A DNA stretch of 64,000 nucleotides from an uncultured Gemmatimonadales bacterium (GCA_963783385.1 CAWANJ010000009.1:288001-352000); one strand, 5' to 3'; shown: positions 28,930 to 39,915, counted from the first letter of the stretch. Notes: a model not told the origin generated them from the letters alone. Numbers and translations: made by a program.

Positions 28930-29964
28930 ATGGCCAAATGGTTTCGGAGGGGTAGCCTGCTGCCCATCAACGACATAGGCGTCGATCTGGGCACGGCCAA
29001 CACGGTGGTCTACGTCAAGGGCGAGGGGATCGTCCTCAACGAGCCATCCGTCGTGGCCATGGAGAAGGGCAGCGGACGGATCAAGGGGATCGGCCTCGAG
29101 GCCAAGCGCATGCTGGGCCGGACGCCGACCGGTATCGAGGCCGTGCGTCCGCTCAAGGATGGCGTGATCGCCGACGTGGACGTCACCGAGATCATGCTGC
29201 GCTTCTTCCTGAAGACCGTCACCTCGAACCGGTTCTTCAAGATCCGTCCTCGGGTGGTCGTGGGCGTGCCCTCCGGAATTACCGAGCTGGAGCGGCGGGC
29301 CGTGCGCTCGAGCGCTCATGCGGCAGGGGCCAAGGAGGTCTACATGGTGGCCGAGCCCATGGCGGCCGCCATCGGGGTGGGCCTTCCGGTGGAGACGCCC
29401 ACCGGGAACATGGTGATCGACGTGGGCGGCGGAACGACGGAGATCGCCGTGATCGCGCTATCGGGATCGGTGGCGGACACCTCCATCCGGGTCGCCGGCG
29501 ACGAGCTCGATGCGGCGATCGTCACCTTCCTCCGCAAGAACTACAACCTCCTCATCGGAGAGCCCACGGCCGAGGCGATCAAGATCCAGATCGGGTCCGC
29601 CTATCCGGACGGGGAGGAGCGCGAGATGATGGTCAAGGGGCGCGACCTCGTGTCGGGCATCCCCAAGACGGTCCGCGTCCACTCGGCCGAGATCCGCGAG
29701 TGCATGCAGGAGCCCATCCAGCAGATCGTGGGCGCGGTCCGCCGGGCGCTCGAGATCACCCCACCGGAGCTGGCGTCGGACATCGTGGATCGGGGCATCA
29801 CGATGACCGGAGGCGGGTCGCTCGTCCGCGGTCTCGATGTCCTGCTCCGCGAGGAGACGGGTCTGCCCATCCACGTGGACGAGGAGCCCCTCACGTGCGT
29901 GGTGCGGGGGACGGGTCGGATCCTGGACGACTTCGACCGCTATCGGAACGTCCTGACGACCTGA
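28930..29964 (+). CDS. mreB: Rod shape-determining protein MreB
   Basis: DIGVDLGTANT, RPLKDGVIAD, EPMAAAIG, DVGGGTTE, LTCVVRGTG. Confidence 0.97.
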   Translation: MAKWFRRGSLLPINDIGVDLGTANTVVYVKGEGIVLNEPSVVAMEKGSGRIKGIGLEAKRMLGRTPTGIEAVRPLKDGVIADVDVTEIMLRFFLKTVTSNRFFKIRPRVVVGVPSGITELERRAVRSSAHAAGAKEVYMVAEPMAAAIGVGLPVETPTGNMVIDVGGGTTEIAVIALSGSVADTSIRVAGDELDAAIVTFLRKNYNLLIGEPTAEAIKIQIGSAYPDGEEREMMVKGRDLVSGIPKTVRVHSAEIRECMQEPIQQIVGAVRRALEITPPELASDIVDRGITMTGGGSLVRGLDVLLREETGLPIHVDEEPLTCVVRGTGRILDDFDRYRNVLTT

Positions 29965-29971
29965 CCCACGG

Positions 29972-30784
29972 GTGGCTTCCACGGGCGTGAGCGAGCCGGG
30001 CCGGGCAAGGGTGGACCTGGCGGTCACCGTCCTGTGCGTCCTGGTCGGCACCCTCATCGGCGTCCTCACGCCCGCCCGGCGCCTCGTGCTTACGCACGCG
30101 CTCCGCTCCTCCGTCCTGGCGCCCGTCCTCCTGACCCAGGAGGCCGTGGCCCGCCGCACGCGGCTCTCGGCCCGCCTGGCGGTCCTGGAGACGGAGCGCG
30201 ACTCGCTCGCCCGGGAGCTGATCGAGGCCCGCCAGGCCCTGGAGGAGAATGCCCGCCTGCGCGAGGTCCTGTCCCTGGGCCCCCGGCCGTCCGACACCCT
30301 CGTCGCGGTCGAGCTCGCGCCCGGCCGGGTGCCGGGGGGTGAGGACCAGACCTTCCTGGTGCGCAGGGGCTCGGACGACGGCGTGCGGGCGCCCGCCGGG
30401 GTGTTCACCTCCCGCGGGCTCGTGGGCGTGCTCCGGGCGTCCACCGCGCACGCCTCGCGGGGCCAGTTCTGGACCCATCCCGACTTCCGGGTCAGCGTCC
30501 GCACCGCGACCGGCACGGCCAGTGGGATCGTGCGCGCCGGGGACGACCCCGATCAGCCGATGATGATCCTGGAGGGAGCGCCTTACCAGACGGACATTCC
30601 CCCGGGGACGGTCCTGTACACGTCGGGCCTCGGAGGCCTGTATCCGCCGGGCATCCCGGTCGGCACGGTGCGCTCGGTATCGGCCGTCGAGTCCGGATGG
30701 GAGAAGAGCTATCGCGTGGAGCCGGCGGTCCGGCCCGAGCAGGTGGGCGTGGCGCTCGTGTGGCGCAGGCCGGCGGGGCCGTGA
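29972..30784 (+). CDS. mreC: Rod shape-determining protein MreC
   Basis: TM helix plus coiled coil ENARLREVL, GLVG, TSGLGGLYPPGIPVG. Confidence 0.92.
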   Translation: MASTGVSEPGRARVDLAVTVLCVLVGTLIGVLTPARRLVLTHALRSSVLAPVLLTQEAVARRTRLSARLAVLETERDSLARELIEARQALEENARLREVLSLGPRPSDTLVAVELAPGRVPGGEDQTFLVRRGSDDGVRAPAGVFTSRGLVGVLRASTAHASRGQFWTHPDFRVSVRTATGTASGIVRAGDDPDQPMMILEGAPYQTDIPPGTVLYTSGLGGLYPPGIPVGTVRSVSAVESGWEKSYRVEPAVRPEQVGVALVWRRPAGP

Positions 30785-31263
30785 AGGACGCTTCGAGCGG
30801 CGGCCTGGTGACGGTACTGACGATCGCGGCGTTGCTTGTCGCCCACTTCCTGCTGCGTCCGCTCCTGGTGGCCCGACCCTTCGCGCCCGACCTGCTGGCG
30901 GGCGCCCTCATGCTGGCCGCCCTCCACATGCGGCCCGGGACCGCGGCCGTCGTGGGATTCGGGGCCGGCCTGCTCGAGGGGGCCATGGCCCTGGAGGGGA
31001 TGGGCACCCTGGCCGCGACCTTCGCGCTCATAGGCTATGTGGCCGCTCGGGCCCGTGAGCTGTTCTTCGCCGACTCCGCCCTGTTCCTGCCGGCCTTCGC
31101 GTTCGTGGGGGTGTGGGCGCTCCACATGGGAGAGCTGCTCGCGGTGGGCGCTCCGCTGGACTGGGTCGGATGGCTCGTGCAGTCGCCCGTTTCGGCGGCC
31201 CTGACGGCCCTCCTGATCCTCCTGGTCGAGCGAGCGGTGACCTCGCGGCCCTCGGCGGTGTAG
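30781..31263 (+). CDS. mreD: Rod shape-determining protein MreD
   Basis: Hydrophobic protein with PDL and GFGAGLL motifs, between mreC and mrdA. Confidence 0.85.
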   Translation: MKDASSGGLVTVLTIAALLVAHFLLRPLLVARPFAPDLLAGALMLAALHMRPGTAAVVGFGAGLLEGAMALEGMGTLAATFALIGYVAARARELFFADSALFLPAFAFVGVWALHMGELLAVGAPLDWVGWLVQSPVSAALTALLILLVERAVTSRPSAV

Positions 31264-31272
31264 CGACCCCCG

Positions 31273-33192
31273 ATGCTGGGCGAGAGCGAGAGGACGGATC
31301 GGAGCCGCCACCGAGCCCGGGGCGCGCGGGTCGTACTGGTGCTCTCGGTGCTCGTGCTGGTGGGCGCCTTCTTCCGCCTGCAGGTGCTCCATTCGAGCAG
31401 CTACGAACTGCGCTCGGAGCGGAATCGCCTGCGCGCCATCACGGTGCCCGCGCCGCGCGGCACCATGTACGACCGCAATGGGCGCGTGATCGCCGAGAAC
31501 GTGCCCGGCTATTCGGTATCCCTCCTCCCGGGCCGTGAGGACACCGTGCGGGCCACCCTCGCGCGGTTGGCACCGATCCTCGGCCTCGACGCGCGCGACC
31601 AGCAGGCGCTCATGCAGAAGTACGAGGCCCTCCCGCAGCGTCCCCTCCTGGTGAGCGACGACGCCAGCTTCCGGCAGGTCTCCTCGATCGAGGAACGTCG
31701 GCCGGAGTTCCGCCGGGCCGTCGTGGACATGAGGCCGCGCCGGCGCTACCCGGACGGCCACGTGGTCGCCCACGTGGTCGGCTACGTCGGGGAGATCAGC
31801 GAATCCGAGCTCAAGAATCCGGCGTTCGCGGGCTACGACGCGGGTCGCATCGTGGGCAAGATGGGCCTGGAGCGCGAGTACGAGGACACCCTGGGCGGTG
31901 ACCCGGGCATCCGCTACGTCGAGGTCAACGCGCTCGGCTCGATCGTCCGCGAGATGGGGCCCGGTCCGGCCGTTCCCCCGGTGCCGGGCCACGATCTGGT
32001 GCTCGGCCTGGACATGAAGCTCCAGGACTTCGCGGACTCGACCTTCCCGCCCGACCATCGCGGAGCGGTGGTGGCGGTCGACCCGCACACCGGGGAGGTG
32101 CTGCTCTTCTACAGCCACCCCGAGTTCGACCCCAACGCGTTCGTGGGGGGCGTGGACGTGGACACCTGGGTGTCGCTGCGCGACGATCCGGCCAAGCCGC
32201 TGCTCAACCGGGTCACCGGTGCGGCCTATCCCCCCGGCTCGACCTTCAAGCCCGTGGTCTCCGCCATCGCGATGCGACGCGGCGTGGTCTCGATCGGCGA
32301 CCACATGGACATACCCTGTCGGGGGGCGCTGCGTTACGGGACCCGTGTGTGGCGGTGCTGGAAGCCGGAAGGCCACGGCTCCCTGAGCCTTGCCGAGGCG
32401 ATCGAACAGAGTTGCGACGTCTACTTCTACCAGCTGGGCATGAAGCTGGGCCTGGATGCCATGATGGACGGTTCGCACCGGCTCGGCTTCGGCGAACCCA
32501 CCGGCATCGACCTCCCGCACGAGGTGGCGGGCTACTTCCCCGCGTCGCGCGAATGGTTCGACCGCCGGTACGGGCCGCGAGGGTGGACCGAGTCGGTGGA
32601 CCTGAACCTGGCCATCGGGCAGGGCGAGAACCAGCAGCCGCTGCTGCGCCAGGTCCTGTTCTACGCGGCCCTGGCCACCGGACGCCGGCCGATCGTGCCC
32701 CACCTGCGCCGCAGCCGGGCCCTGGAGCGCCGACGGGTCGACTGGTCCCTGGACCTGCCCGATGCCGAGCGCCGCCAGCTGGTGGATGCGCTGGTGAGCG
32801 TGGTCAACGATCCGAAGGGGACGGCCCACGCGTGGCGCCTGGAGCGCTGGACCATGGCCGGCAAGACCGGCACCGCGCAGAACCCCCAGGGCGCGCCGCA
32901 CTCCTGGTTCGTGGGATTCGCGCCCGCGCAGGACCCCGACATCGTCATCGCGGGGGTGGTGGAGCACGGCCACCCGGACAACGCCGTGTCGCTGGCCGTG
33001 CCCTACGTCTCGGCGATCGTCAAGCGTTACCTGGAGGAGATCCACCCGGCGCCGGCCGACAGCGGCGCGGTGCCGGCGGCGGGCGGGTCAGCGCGTTCAC
33101 CCGGTCCGGCCGCAGGCACCGGGGCCACGCCCGCCGCGGACAGCGAGGGCACCCCGGCCGCAGACACCGGGGCCGCCGGAGGGCGACGGTGA
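31273..33192 (+). CDS. mrdA: Penicillin-binding protein 2
   Basis: APRGTMYDRNG, SxxK (GSTFK), SCD, KTG (GKTGTAQ). Confidence 0.96.
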   Translation: MLGESERTDRSRHRARGARVVLVLSVLVLVGAFFRLQVLHSSSYELRSERNRLRAITVPAPRGTMYDRNGRVIAENVPGYSVSLLPGREDTVRATLARLAPILGLDARDQQALMQKYEALPQRPLLVSDDASFRQVSSIEERRPEFRRAVVDMRPRRRYPDGHVVAHVVGYVGEISESELKNPAFAGYDAGRIVGKMGLEREYEDTLGGDPGIRYVEVNALGSIVREMGPGPAVPPVPGHDLVLGLDMKLQDFADSTFPPDHRGAVVAVDPHTGEVLLFYSHPEFDPNAFVGGVDVDTWVSLRDDPAKPLLNRVTGAAYPPGSTFKPVVSAIAMRRGVVSIGDHMDIPCRGALRYGTRVWRCWKPEGHGSLSLAEAIEQSCDVYFYQLGMKLGLDAMMDGSHRLGFGEPTGIDLPHEVAGYFPASREWFDRRYGPRGWTESVDLNLAIGQGENQQPLLRQVLFYAALATGRRPIVPHLRRSRALERRRVDWSLDLPDAERRQLVDALVSVVNDPKGTAHAWRLERWTMAGKTGTAQNPQGAPHSWFVGFAPAQDPDIVIAGVVEHGHPDNAVSLAVPYVSAIVKRYLEEIHPAPADSGAVPAAGGSARSPGPAAGTGATPAADSEGTPAADTGAAGGRR

Positions 33193-34412
33193 GCGAGGGC
33201 GCTCGCTGGCGGGAGCAGGTCGGTGACGTCCAGCTCCTGGGGCTCGCGCTGCTCCTGAGCGCCCTGGGGCTCGCGATGATCTTCTCGGCGGGGCAGGTCG
33301 ACGTCCCGTCCGTGGCCACGGGCATCTGGCGGCGCCAGCTGCTGTGGCTGGCCATAGCGCTGGCGGGGTTCGTGATCGTCTCGCGGGTCCCGCTCCGCTG
33401 GCTCGAGTGGGCTGCCCCGGGCGCCTACGTGGCGGCTCTCGCCCTCCTGTGCATCGTACTGGTCGTGGGCACGGGTCCGGGAGGCACGCGGAGCTGGATC
33501 AACCTCGGTCCGGCGCGACTTCAGCCAGCCGAATTCGCCAAGCTGGCCACCATCCTGCTCCTCGCCAGGACCGTGTCGGGCAACGGTACCCCCGCCAGTC
33601 GACTGATCGAGCTCTGGAAGCCCGTCCTCGTGGTGCTGGTCCCCATGGTCCTCGTGCTCGCGCAGCCCGACCTGGGCAGCGCCATCATCTTTGGCGTGAT
33701 CCTCATCGCGGCGCTGTACTGGGCGGGTGTGCCGCTGGCGACGCTGTTCCTCCTGGTCAGCCCGGGCGTCAGCCTGCTGCTTGGCTTCTCGGCGGTCGTG
33801 TGGGGCGTGTGGATCGTCGTGCTGGCCGCCTTCCTGTACGTGCACCGGCCGTACCTCAGCGAGTCCCTGGCCGTCCTGGCGGCCAACGTGGCGACGGGTG
33901 CGCTGACGCTGCCCCTGTGGTCCAGGCTGGAGCCCTACCAGCAGGACCGGCTGCTCGTCTTCCTGAACCCCGATGCCGATCCCCGGGGCTCGGGCTGGCA
34001 CCTGGTCCAATCCAAGGTGGCCATCGGCTCGGGCGGACTGCTGGGCCAGGGGTACCTGCACGGCCCGCAGAAGCGCCTCGCCTTCCTTCCCGAGCAGCAC
34101 ACCGACTTCATCTTCTCCGTGGTGGGAGAGGAGCTCGGCTTCATCGGCGTGGTGGTCTTCCTGGCCCTGCTCGGCTGGTTCCTGGGGCGTACCCTCGCCG
34201 ACGCGCGGGAAGCGCCGAACGAGTTCGGCGGCACGGTCGTCTTCTGCCTGTTCGGCGTGTGGTTCGCACACCTCGTGATCAATGTGGGTATGACCGTGGG
34301 GCTCATGCCGATCACGGGTCTCCCGCTCCCGTTCTTGAGCTACGGAGGGAGCTTCCTCGTGTCGGTGTGGGCGGGCCTGGCCATGGTGGAGCGGGTGGCG
34401 GCCGAGAGCTCG
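33189..34412 (+). CDS. rodA: Peptidoglycan glycosyltransferase RodA (homology ends about 34409; no stop until 34838)
   Basis: QPAEFAK, QPDLG, GWHLVQSKVAIGSGG, FLPEQHTDFIF, PITGLPLPFLSYGGS. Confidence 0.92.
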
Positions 34413-34480
34413 ATGTCGCCCGACGCCCGGCGGGCCGGTTATATTCCGCCGCGCCACTCCCGACTCGCACGAGAGGAACC

Positions 34481-35314
34481 ATGTCCTGGTTCAAGAAGCC
34501 GAAGCAGAAGATCACCTCGCAGAAGCGCGAGCTCCCACCGGACGTGTGGGAGAAGTGCGATGGCTGCGGAGAGATCCTCTACAGCGGCCGACTGGCCGAG
34601 AATCACCACGTGTGCCCGTCCTGCGGTCATCACTTCCGGATCGGCGCGCTCGCCTACGTGGACCTCCTGCTGGACGAAGGCTTCGAGGAGGAGTTCGACA
34701 CCGGTCTGCGCTCGGCCGATCCGCTCGGCTTCGTCGACTCGAAGAGCTACCGGGACCGGATCGAGGCGGCCAGCGAGGAAGTGGGACCGGAGGATGCTAT
34801 CCGGACCGGCTCCGGTCGGGTGGACGGACGGCAGGTGAAGCTGGGGGCGATGGAATTCCGCTTCATCGGCGGCTCCATGGGGTCGGTCGTCGGGGAGAAG
34901 ATCCGCAGGCTGGCCGAGCGCGCCGTGGACGAGAGAGACCCGCTGATCATCGTGTCGGCCTCGGGTGGGGCCCGTATGCAGGAGGGGATCTACTCGCTGA
35001 TGCAGATGGCCAAGACGTCGGTCGCCCTCGGTCGTGTCGCCGATGCCGGTCTTCCCTTCCTGAGCATCCTGACGCATCCGACGACCGGCGGCGTCACGGC
35101 CAGCTACGCCATGCTGGGGGACGTCATCCTGGCCGAGCCCGGCGCCCTCATCGGCTTCGCGGGGCCCAGAGTGATCCGCGAGACGATCCGCCAGGACCTT
35201 CCGGAGGGCTTCCAGCGCTCCGAGTTCCTGCTCGAGCACGGGATGGTGGATCAGATCGTTGCTCGCGGCGAGCTCAAGGAGACGGTGAGCGTCCTCCTCG
35301 GCCACATGTGCTGA
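34481..35314 (+). CDS. accD: Acetyl-CoA carboxylase carboxyltransferase beta subunit
   Basis: MSWF...WEKCDGC...CPSC Zn finger, GGSMGSVVGEK, SGGARMQEG, PTTGGVTAS, FQRSEFLLEHG. Confidence 0.97.
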   Translation: MSWFKKPKQKITSQKRELPPDVWEKCDGCGEILYSGRLAENHHVCPSCGHHFRIGALAYVDLLLDEGFEEEFDTGLRSADPLGFVDSKSYRDRIEAASEEVGPEDAIRTGSGRVDGRQVKLGAMEFRFIGGSMGSVVGEKIRRLAERAVDERDPLIIVSASGGARMQEGIYSLMQMAKTSVALGRVADAGLPFLSILTHPTTGGVTASYAMLGDVILAEPGALIGFAGPRVIRETIRQDLPEGFQRSEFLLEHGMVDQIVARGELKETVSVLLGHMC

Positions 35315-36606
35315 GCCGTCCCACCGTCCCCGGCGTCCGTACCGTGAGCGCCGTCGAGCAACTCCTCGGCTCCCGTCCCCTCACGACCATGCGCTGGGGG
35401 CTCGACCGGACCCGGGACCTCCTGGCCGCCCTGGATCATCCCGAGACCGCCTTCCGGGCCGTCCACGTGGGAGGCACGAACGGGAAGGGCTCGGCGTCCG
35501 CCTCGATCGAGGCGGTCCTGCGGGAGAGCGGGCACGTCACCGGCCTGTATACCTCTCCCCACCTGTTCCGCGTCGAGGAGCGGATCCGGGTCTCGGGCCG
35601 ACCGGCTTCCGCCGATCTCCTCGAGCGCTGCGCCGAACAGCTCCTGCGCGTCTCGGAGGGCTCGAGCGCCACCTACTTCGAGGTGCTCACCGTGCTCGGC
35701 TTCCTGGCCTTCGCCGAAGCGGGCGTCGAGTGGGCGGTCGTCGAGGTCGGTCTGGGCGGCCGTCTGGATGCCACCAACGTGCTCTCGCCCGAGGCTTGCG
35801 CGCTCACGAGCGTGGCGCTCGAGCATACCGCGTGGCTGGGGGACACTCTCTCCGAGGTCGCCGGAGAGAAGGCGGGCATCTTCAAGCCGGGCGTGCCGGC
35901 GGCGCTGGGACCGCTCCCGGACGAGGCGCTGGCGGTCGCCGAGGCGCGGGCCGCGAAGGTGGGTTCCCCGCTCCTCCGGCTCGGGCGGGACGCCACGGTT
36001 CGGGACGTCACGGTCGACGGGGCCGGTACGTCCTTCCTCTACACCTCCGCGGCTCGGCCCGGCGGACTCAGGGTGAGGGTCCCGCTCCCCGGGATCCACC
36101 AGGCTTTCAACGTGGGGACAGGGCTCCTGGCGCTCGAGGCGCTGCCCCTGTCGCTTTCCGATGAGATCGTGCGGTCCGGCCTGGCCGCGGTTCACTGGAG
36201 AGGTCGCTTCGAGATGCTGGAGGGGCCGGGCGGGAGCTGCGTGGTGGACGTGGCCCACAATCCCGCCGGCATCGCGACTCTGCTCGACACGCTGCGGCGC
36301 GTCGCCCCCCCTCGGCCCTGGGTGGTCGTGTTCGCGGTCCTGTCGGACAAGGACTGGCGCTCCATGCTGGGGGCGGTGCGCGACGCGGGTCTACAGGCGG
36401 TGCTCACGCAGGCGGGGTCGGCACCGGCGGAGCGCCGGTGGGACCCCGCCGCCGCGCACGGCGAGATGCCGGGCACCACGCTGGTGCCGGAGCTCGAGGA
36501 GGCGCTGGGGCGGGCTCGCGAACTCGCCGGCCCCGGCACGGTAGTAGTAGCTGGCTCGTGCCACACCGTGGCCGAAGCCCTTGACGCGCTCGACGCCGGC
36601 GACTGA
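35308..36606 (+). CDS. folC: Folylpolyglutamate synthase/dihydrofolate synthase
   Basis: HVGGTNGKGS, YTSPHL, VEVGLGGRLDATN, EKAGI, DVAHN. Confidence 0.95.
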   Translation: MLSRPTVPGVRTVSAVEQLLGSRPLTTMRWGLDRTRDLLAALDHPETAFRAVHVGGTNGKGSASASIEAVLRESGHVTGLYTSPHLFRVEERIRVSGRPASADLLERCAEQLLRVSEGSSATYFEVLTVLGFLAFAEAGVEWAVVEVGLGGRLDATNVLSPEACALTSVALEHTAWLGDTLSEVAGEKAGIFKPGVPAALGPLPDEALAVAEARAAKVGSPLLRLGRDATVRDVTVDGAGTSFLYTSAARPGGLRVRVPLPGIHQAFNVGTGLLALEALPLSLSDEIVRSGLAAVHWRGRFEMLEGPGGSCVVDVAHNPAGIATLLDTLRRVAPPRPWVVVFAVLSDKDWRSMLGAVRDAGLQAVLTQAGSAPAERRWDPAAAHGEMPGTTLVPELEEALGRARELAGPGTVVVAGSCHTVAEALDALDAGD

Positions 36607-36630
36607 GGAACCGAGTCAGGGAGGAAGCCC

Positions 36631-37059
36631 ATGCGATACGACCCGAGGCTGGTGCAGCCGATGCGGGAGGAGCTGACGAGGATCGGCGTGCGGGAGCTGC
36701 GCACGCCCGAGGAGGTGGACGAGGTGCTGGGCGCGGGAGAAGGCTCCGTGCTGGTGGTGGTGAACTCGGTGTGTGGGTGCGCCGCCCGTAACGCGAGGCC
36801 CGCGGTGACGCTGGCCGCGAGCCACGACGCCCGTCCGGACCGCATGGTCACCGTGTTCGCGGGCATGGACCTCGAGGCGACCGAGCGGGCCCGGTCGTAT
36901 TTCACCGGCTACCGGCCGTCGTCGCCGTCGCTCGCGCTCCTCAGGGACGGCGAGCTCGTGTTCATGCTCGAACGGCACCAGATCGAGGGACGCGAGGCGG
37001 CGGCGATCGCGGCCGACCTCACGGACGCCTTCGACCGCTGGTGTGGTGCCGTGGCCTGA
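36631..37059 (+). CDS. BrxA/BrxB (YphP/YqiW) family bacilliredoxin
   Basis: PMREELT, VNSVCGCAA..ARP, TVFAGMD, PSSPS.AL, ERHQIEG. Confidence 0.92.
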   Translation: MRYDPRLVQPMREELTRIGVRELRTPEEVDEVLGAGEGSVLVVVNSVCGCAARNARPAVTLAASHDARPDRMVTVFAGMDLEATERARSYFTGYRPSSPSLALLRDGELVFMLERHQIEGREAAAIAADLTDAFDRWCGAVA

Positions 37060-37133
37060 CGTCGGCGCGCCCTCCGATTCCCCCGCTCGGGGGCGGTCCA
37101 GCCGGCCGGAGGTAGCCTCCGGCCGGCTTTTGC

Positions 37134-37163
37134 TTGCCGCCCTCGCTCGCCGCCGCCTACATT
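37134..37163 (+). promoter_or_regulatory. Putative sigma70 promoter TTGCCG-18-TACATT for hisS
   Basis: -10 ends 10 nt before the hisS ATG; no SD sequence present. Confidence 0.45.
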
Positions 37164-37172
37164 CGGCGTTCT

Positions 37173-38453
37173 ATGGATATCAGCAGCTTGCCCGGCTTCC
37201 GGGAGTTCTTTCCCGAGGACATGGCCCTCCGGCGCCACATCTTCCGCGTGTGGCGGGAGGTGGCGGAACGGTATGGATTCGTGGAGTACGACGGCCCCCC
37301 GCTGGAGCCTCTCGAGCTGTACACCCGCAAGTCGGGCGAGGAGATCATCGGTCAACTGTACGCGTTCACGGACCGGGGCGAGCGCGAGGTCGCGCTCCGG
37401 CCCGAGATGACTCCGACTTTCGCCCGCATGGTCTCGGCGCGGGCCGCGGCGCTCCCCAAGCCGATCAAGTGGTTCTCGATCCCGCAGCTGTTTCGCTACG
37501 AGCGCCCGCAGCGCGGGCGGACGAGGGAGCACTTCCAGCTCAACCTCGACATCGTGGGCGAGGCGGACGTGATCGCGGACGCGGAGCTGGTGGCGGCGGC
37601 CGTCGACATGCTTCGGGCGTTCGGGCTCGGCCCGGACGACTTCGTTGCCCGGGTCTCGGATCGGCGGCTCGTGCGGGCCGTTCTGATCCAGTGTGGCGTC
37701 CCCGAGGAGGGACTGCTGGACGCCTTCGAGGCGCTCGACAAGGCCGACCGGGAGCCCGAGGCGAAGACGACTGAGAAGCTGGTGGCCGCCGGCGCGGACG
37801 GAAAGGGCGCCCGGCGCATCCTGGCTCTCGGCGAGCTGTCGCTGCGCGAGGTGGTCGAGGCCTACGGCGAGGCCAGCGACGTGCTCGAGGCGGCGGGCCG
37901 GCTGGAGCGCTTCTTCGGGCACCTGGACGCCTTCGGCCTGGGCGGGTTCGCCGAGTTCGACGCCGGCCTCGTGCGTGGTCTGGCCTACTACACCGGCCTC
38001 GTGTTCGAGCTGTGGGATCGGCGCGGCGAGCTACGCGCCATCTGCGGCGGCGGACGCTACGACGACCTGCTGGCCGCCCTCGGCGGCACGGACCTGCCCG
38101 CGCTCGGATTCGGCATGGGAGACGTGGTGTTGGGCGAGCTGCTGCGCGAGCGGGATCTCGTGCCCCCGGTGGCTCCGGCGGTCGAGGACTTCGTGGTGTT
38201 CGTGTCGGATGCGGAGCGGGACCTGGCGTTGCGCCTGGTCCGAGCGCTGCGCTCCCGGGGACGGAGAGTGGGATTCGACTACAGGGGTCGCAGCGTGGGA
38301 CGGCAGTTCAAGGCGGCCGATCAGGCGGGAGCCTCGCGTGCCCTGGTGCTCGGCCCCGACGAGTTGGCCCGCGGCGTGGTGGTGGTTCGAAGCATGGAGA
38401 CGGGGGGCGAGGAGGAGATGCCGCTCTCCCCCCTCCTGGACGAACGGGAGTGA
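37173..38453 (+). CDS. hisS: Histidine--tRNA ligase
   Basis: LRPEMTP, FRYERPQRGRTREHFQ, VRGLAYYTG, GGGRYD, GFGMG. Confidence 0.97.
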   Translation: MDISSLPGFREFFPEDMALRRHIFRVWREVAERYGFVEYDGPPLEPLELYTRKSGEEIIGQLYAFTDRGEREVALRPEMTPTFARMVSARAAALPKPIKWFSIPQLFRYERPQRGRTREHFQLNLDIVGEADVIADAELVAAAVDMLRAFGLGPDDFVARVSDRRLVRAVLIQCGVPEEGLLDAFEALDKADREPEAKTTEKLVAAGADGKGARRILALGELSLREVVEAYGEASDVLEAAGRLERFFGHLDAFGLGGFAEFDAGLVRGLAYYTGLVFELWDRRGELRAICGGGRYDDLLAALGGTDLPALGFGMGDVVLGELLRERDLVPPVAPAVEDFVVFVSDAERDLALRLVRALRSRGRRVGFDYRGRSVGRQFKAADQAGASRALVLGPDELARGVVVVRSMETGGEEEMPLSPLLDERE

Positions 38454-38454
38454 C

Positions 38455-39915
38455 ATGGCGGAAGACACACGGCTGACGCCGCAGTCCGAGGACTTCTCGG
38501 CGTGGTACAACGAGATCGTGCAGCAGGCCGAGCTGGCCGGGCACTCGCCCGTGCGCGGCTGCATGGTCATTCGTCCGTATGGCTACCGGATCTGGGAGCT
38601 GATGCAGGGCGACCTGGACGCGCGCTTCAAGCGTACCGGTCATCAGAACGCCTACTTCCCGCTCTTCCTCCCACAGTCGGCGCTCGAGAAGGAGGCACAG
38701 CACGTGGAGGGCTTCGCTCCGGAGACCGCCGTGGTGACCCACGGAGGAGGCAAGGAGCTCGAGGAGCCGCTAATCGTGCGCCCGACGTCCGAGGCGATCA
38801 TCTGGCCCATCGTGGCCGACTGGATCCAGTCCTACCGGGACCTGCCCATGCTCCTGAACCAGTGGGCCAACGTGGTTCGCTGGGAGCTGAGGACGCGCCC
38901 CTTCCTGCGCACGACCGAGTTCCTGTGGCAGGAGGGTCACACGGCGCACGCCACGGCCGAGGAGGCGCTCGAGGAGACGCGGCGCATGCTGGGCGTCTAC
39001 CGCGCCTTCATGGAGGAGACCATGGCCATGCCGGTCGTGACCGGGGAGAAGACCGCCAGCGAGCGGTTCGCCGGTGCGGAGCGCACCTTCGCGACCGAAG
39101 CCCTCATGCGGGACAACCGCGCGCTCCAGGCCGGGACCAGCCACTACCTGGGCCAGAACTTCGCCCGGGCCTTCGGGGTCCAGTTCCAGACGGAACAGGG
39201 CGAGCACGACTACGTGTTCAACACCTCGTGGGGCGTGTCCACGCGGCTGGTGGGCGGCCTCATCATGACGCACGGGGATGACCAGGGGCTGGTCGTGCCC
39301 CCCCGGCTCGCGCCCCACCAGGTGGTGGTGGTACCGATCTGGAAGGACGAGGACCAGCGCGTACTCGTGCTCGAGGCCGCCGAGCGCCTCTACTCGGTCC
39401 TCTCCGGGGAGCTACGGGTCCACGTGGACGCGCGCGACACCCTCAACCCCGGCGCCAAGTTCTACGAGTGGGAGCGCAAGGGCGTGCCGCTCCGCGTCGA
39501 GATCGGACCGCGTGACGTGGCCAAGCAGCAGGTAGTGGCCGTGCGCCGTTTCACGCCCGAAGGCGAGGAGCGCAAGCGCTTCCTGGGCGAGGCCGAGGCC
39601 ATCGCCGCCCTTCCCCGGCTGGTCGACGCGATCCAGGACGAGCTCCTGGAGGCCGCCCTGCAGCGTCGGGAGGCCCACTCGGTACGGGGCCTGGATGACT
39701 ACGAAGCGTTCCGAGAGCGGATGGAGGGCGAAGGCGGATTCGTGTACGCCGGCTGGTGTGGCTCGGAGGCGTGCGAGGCGAAGGGCAAGGAGGACACGGG
39801 CGCCACCATCCGCGTCCTCCCCGACGAAGAGTTTCGCTCCGATCCGTCGCCCCGGCGCTGCCTGGTGTGCGGAGAGATCGCCGCGGACGAGGCCCTGTGG
39901 GCCCGGGCCTATTGA
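38455..39915 (+). CDS. proS: Proline--tRNA ligase, archaeal/eukaryote-like type
   Basis: [48 protein letters not shown]-terminal Cys cluster and ARAY terminus; no INS editing domain. Confidence 0.96.
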   Translation: MAEDTRLTPQSEDFSAWYNEIVQQAELAGHSPVRGCMVIRPYGYRIWELMQGDLDARFKRTGHQNAYFPLFLPQSALEKEAQHVEGFAPETAVVTHGGGKELEEPLIVRPTSEAIIWPIVADWIQSYRDLPMLLNQWANVVRWELRTRPFLRTTEFLWQEGHTAHATAEEALEETRRMLGVYRAFMEETMAMPVVTGEKTASERFAGAERTFATEALMRDNRALQAGTSHYLGQNFARAFGVQFQTEQGEHDYVFNTSWGVSTRLVGGLIMTHGDDQGLVVPPRLAPHQVVVVPIWKDEDQRVLVLEAAERLYSVLSGELRVHVDARDTLNPGAKFYEWERKGVPLRVEIGPRDVAKQQVVAVRRFTPEGEERKRFLGEAEAIAALPRLVDAIQDELLEAALQRREAHSVRGLDDYEAFRERMEGEGGFVYAGWCGSEACEAKGKEDTGATIRVLPDEEFRSDPSPRRCLVCGEIAADEALWARAY

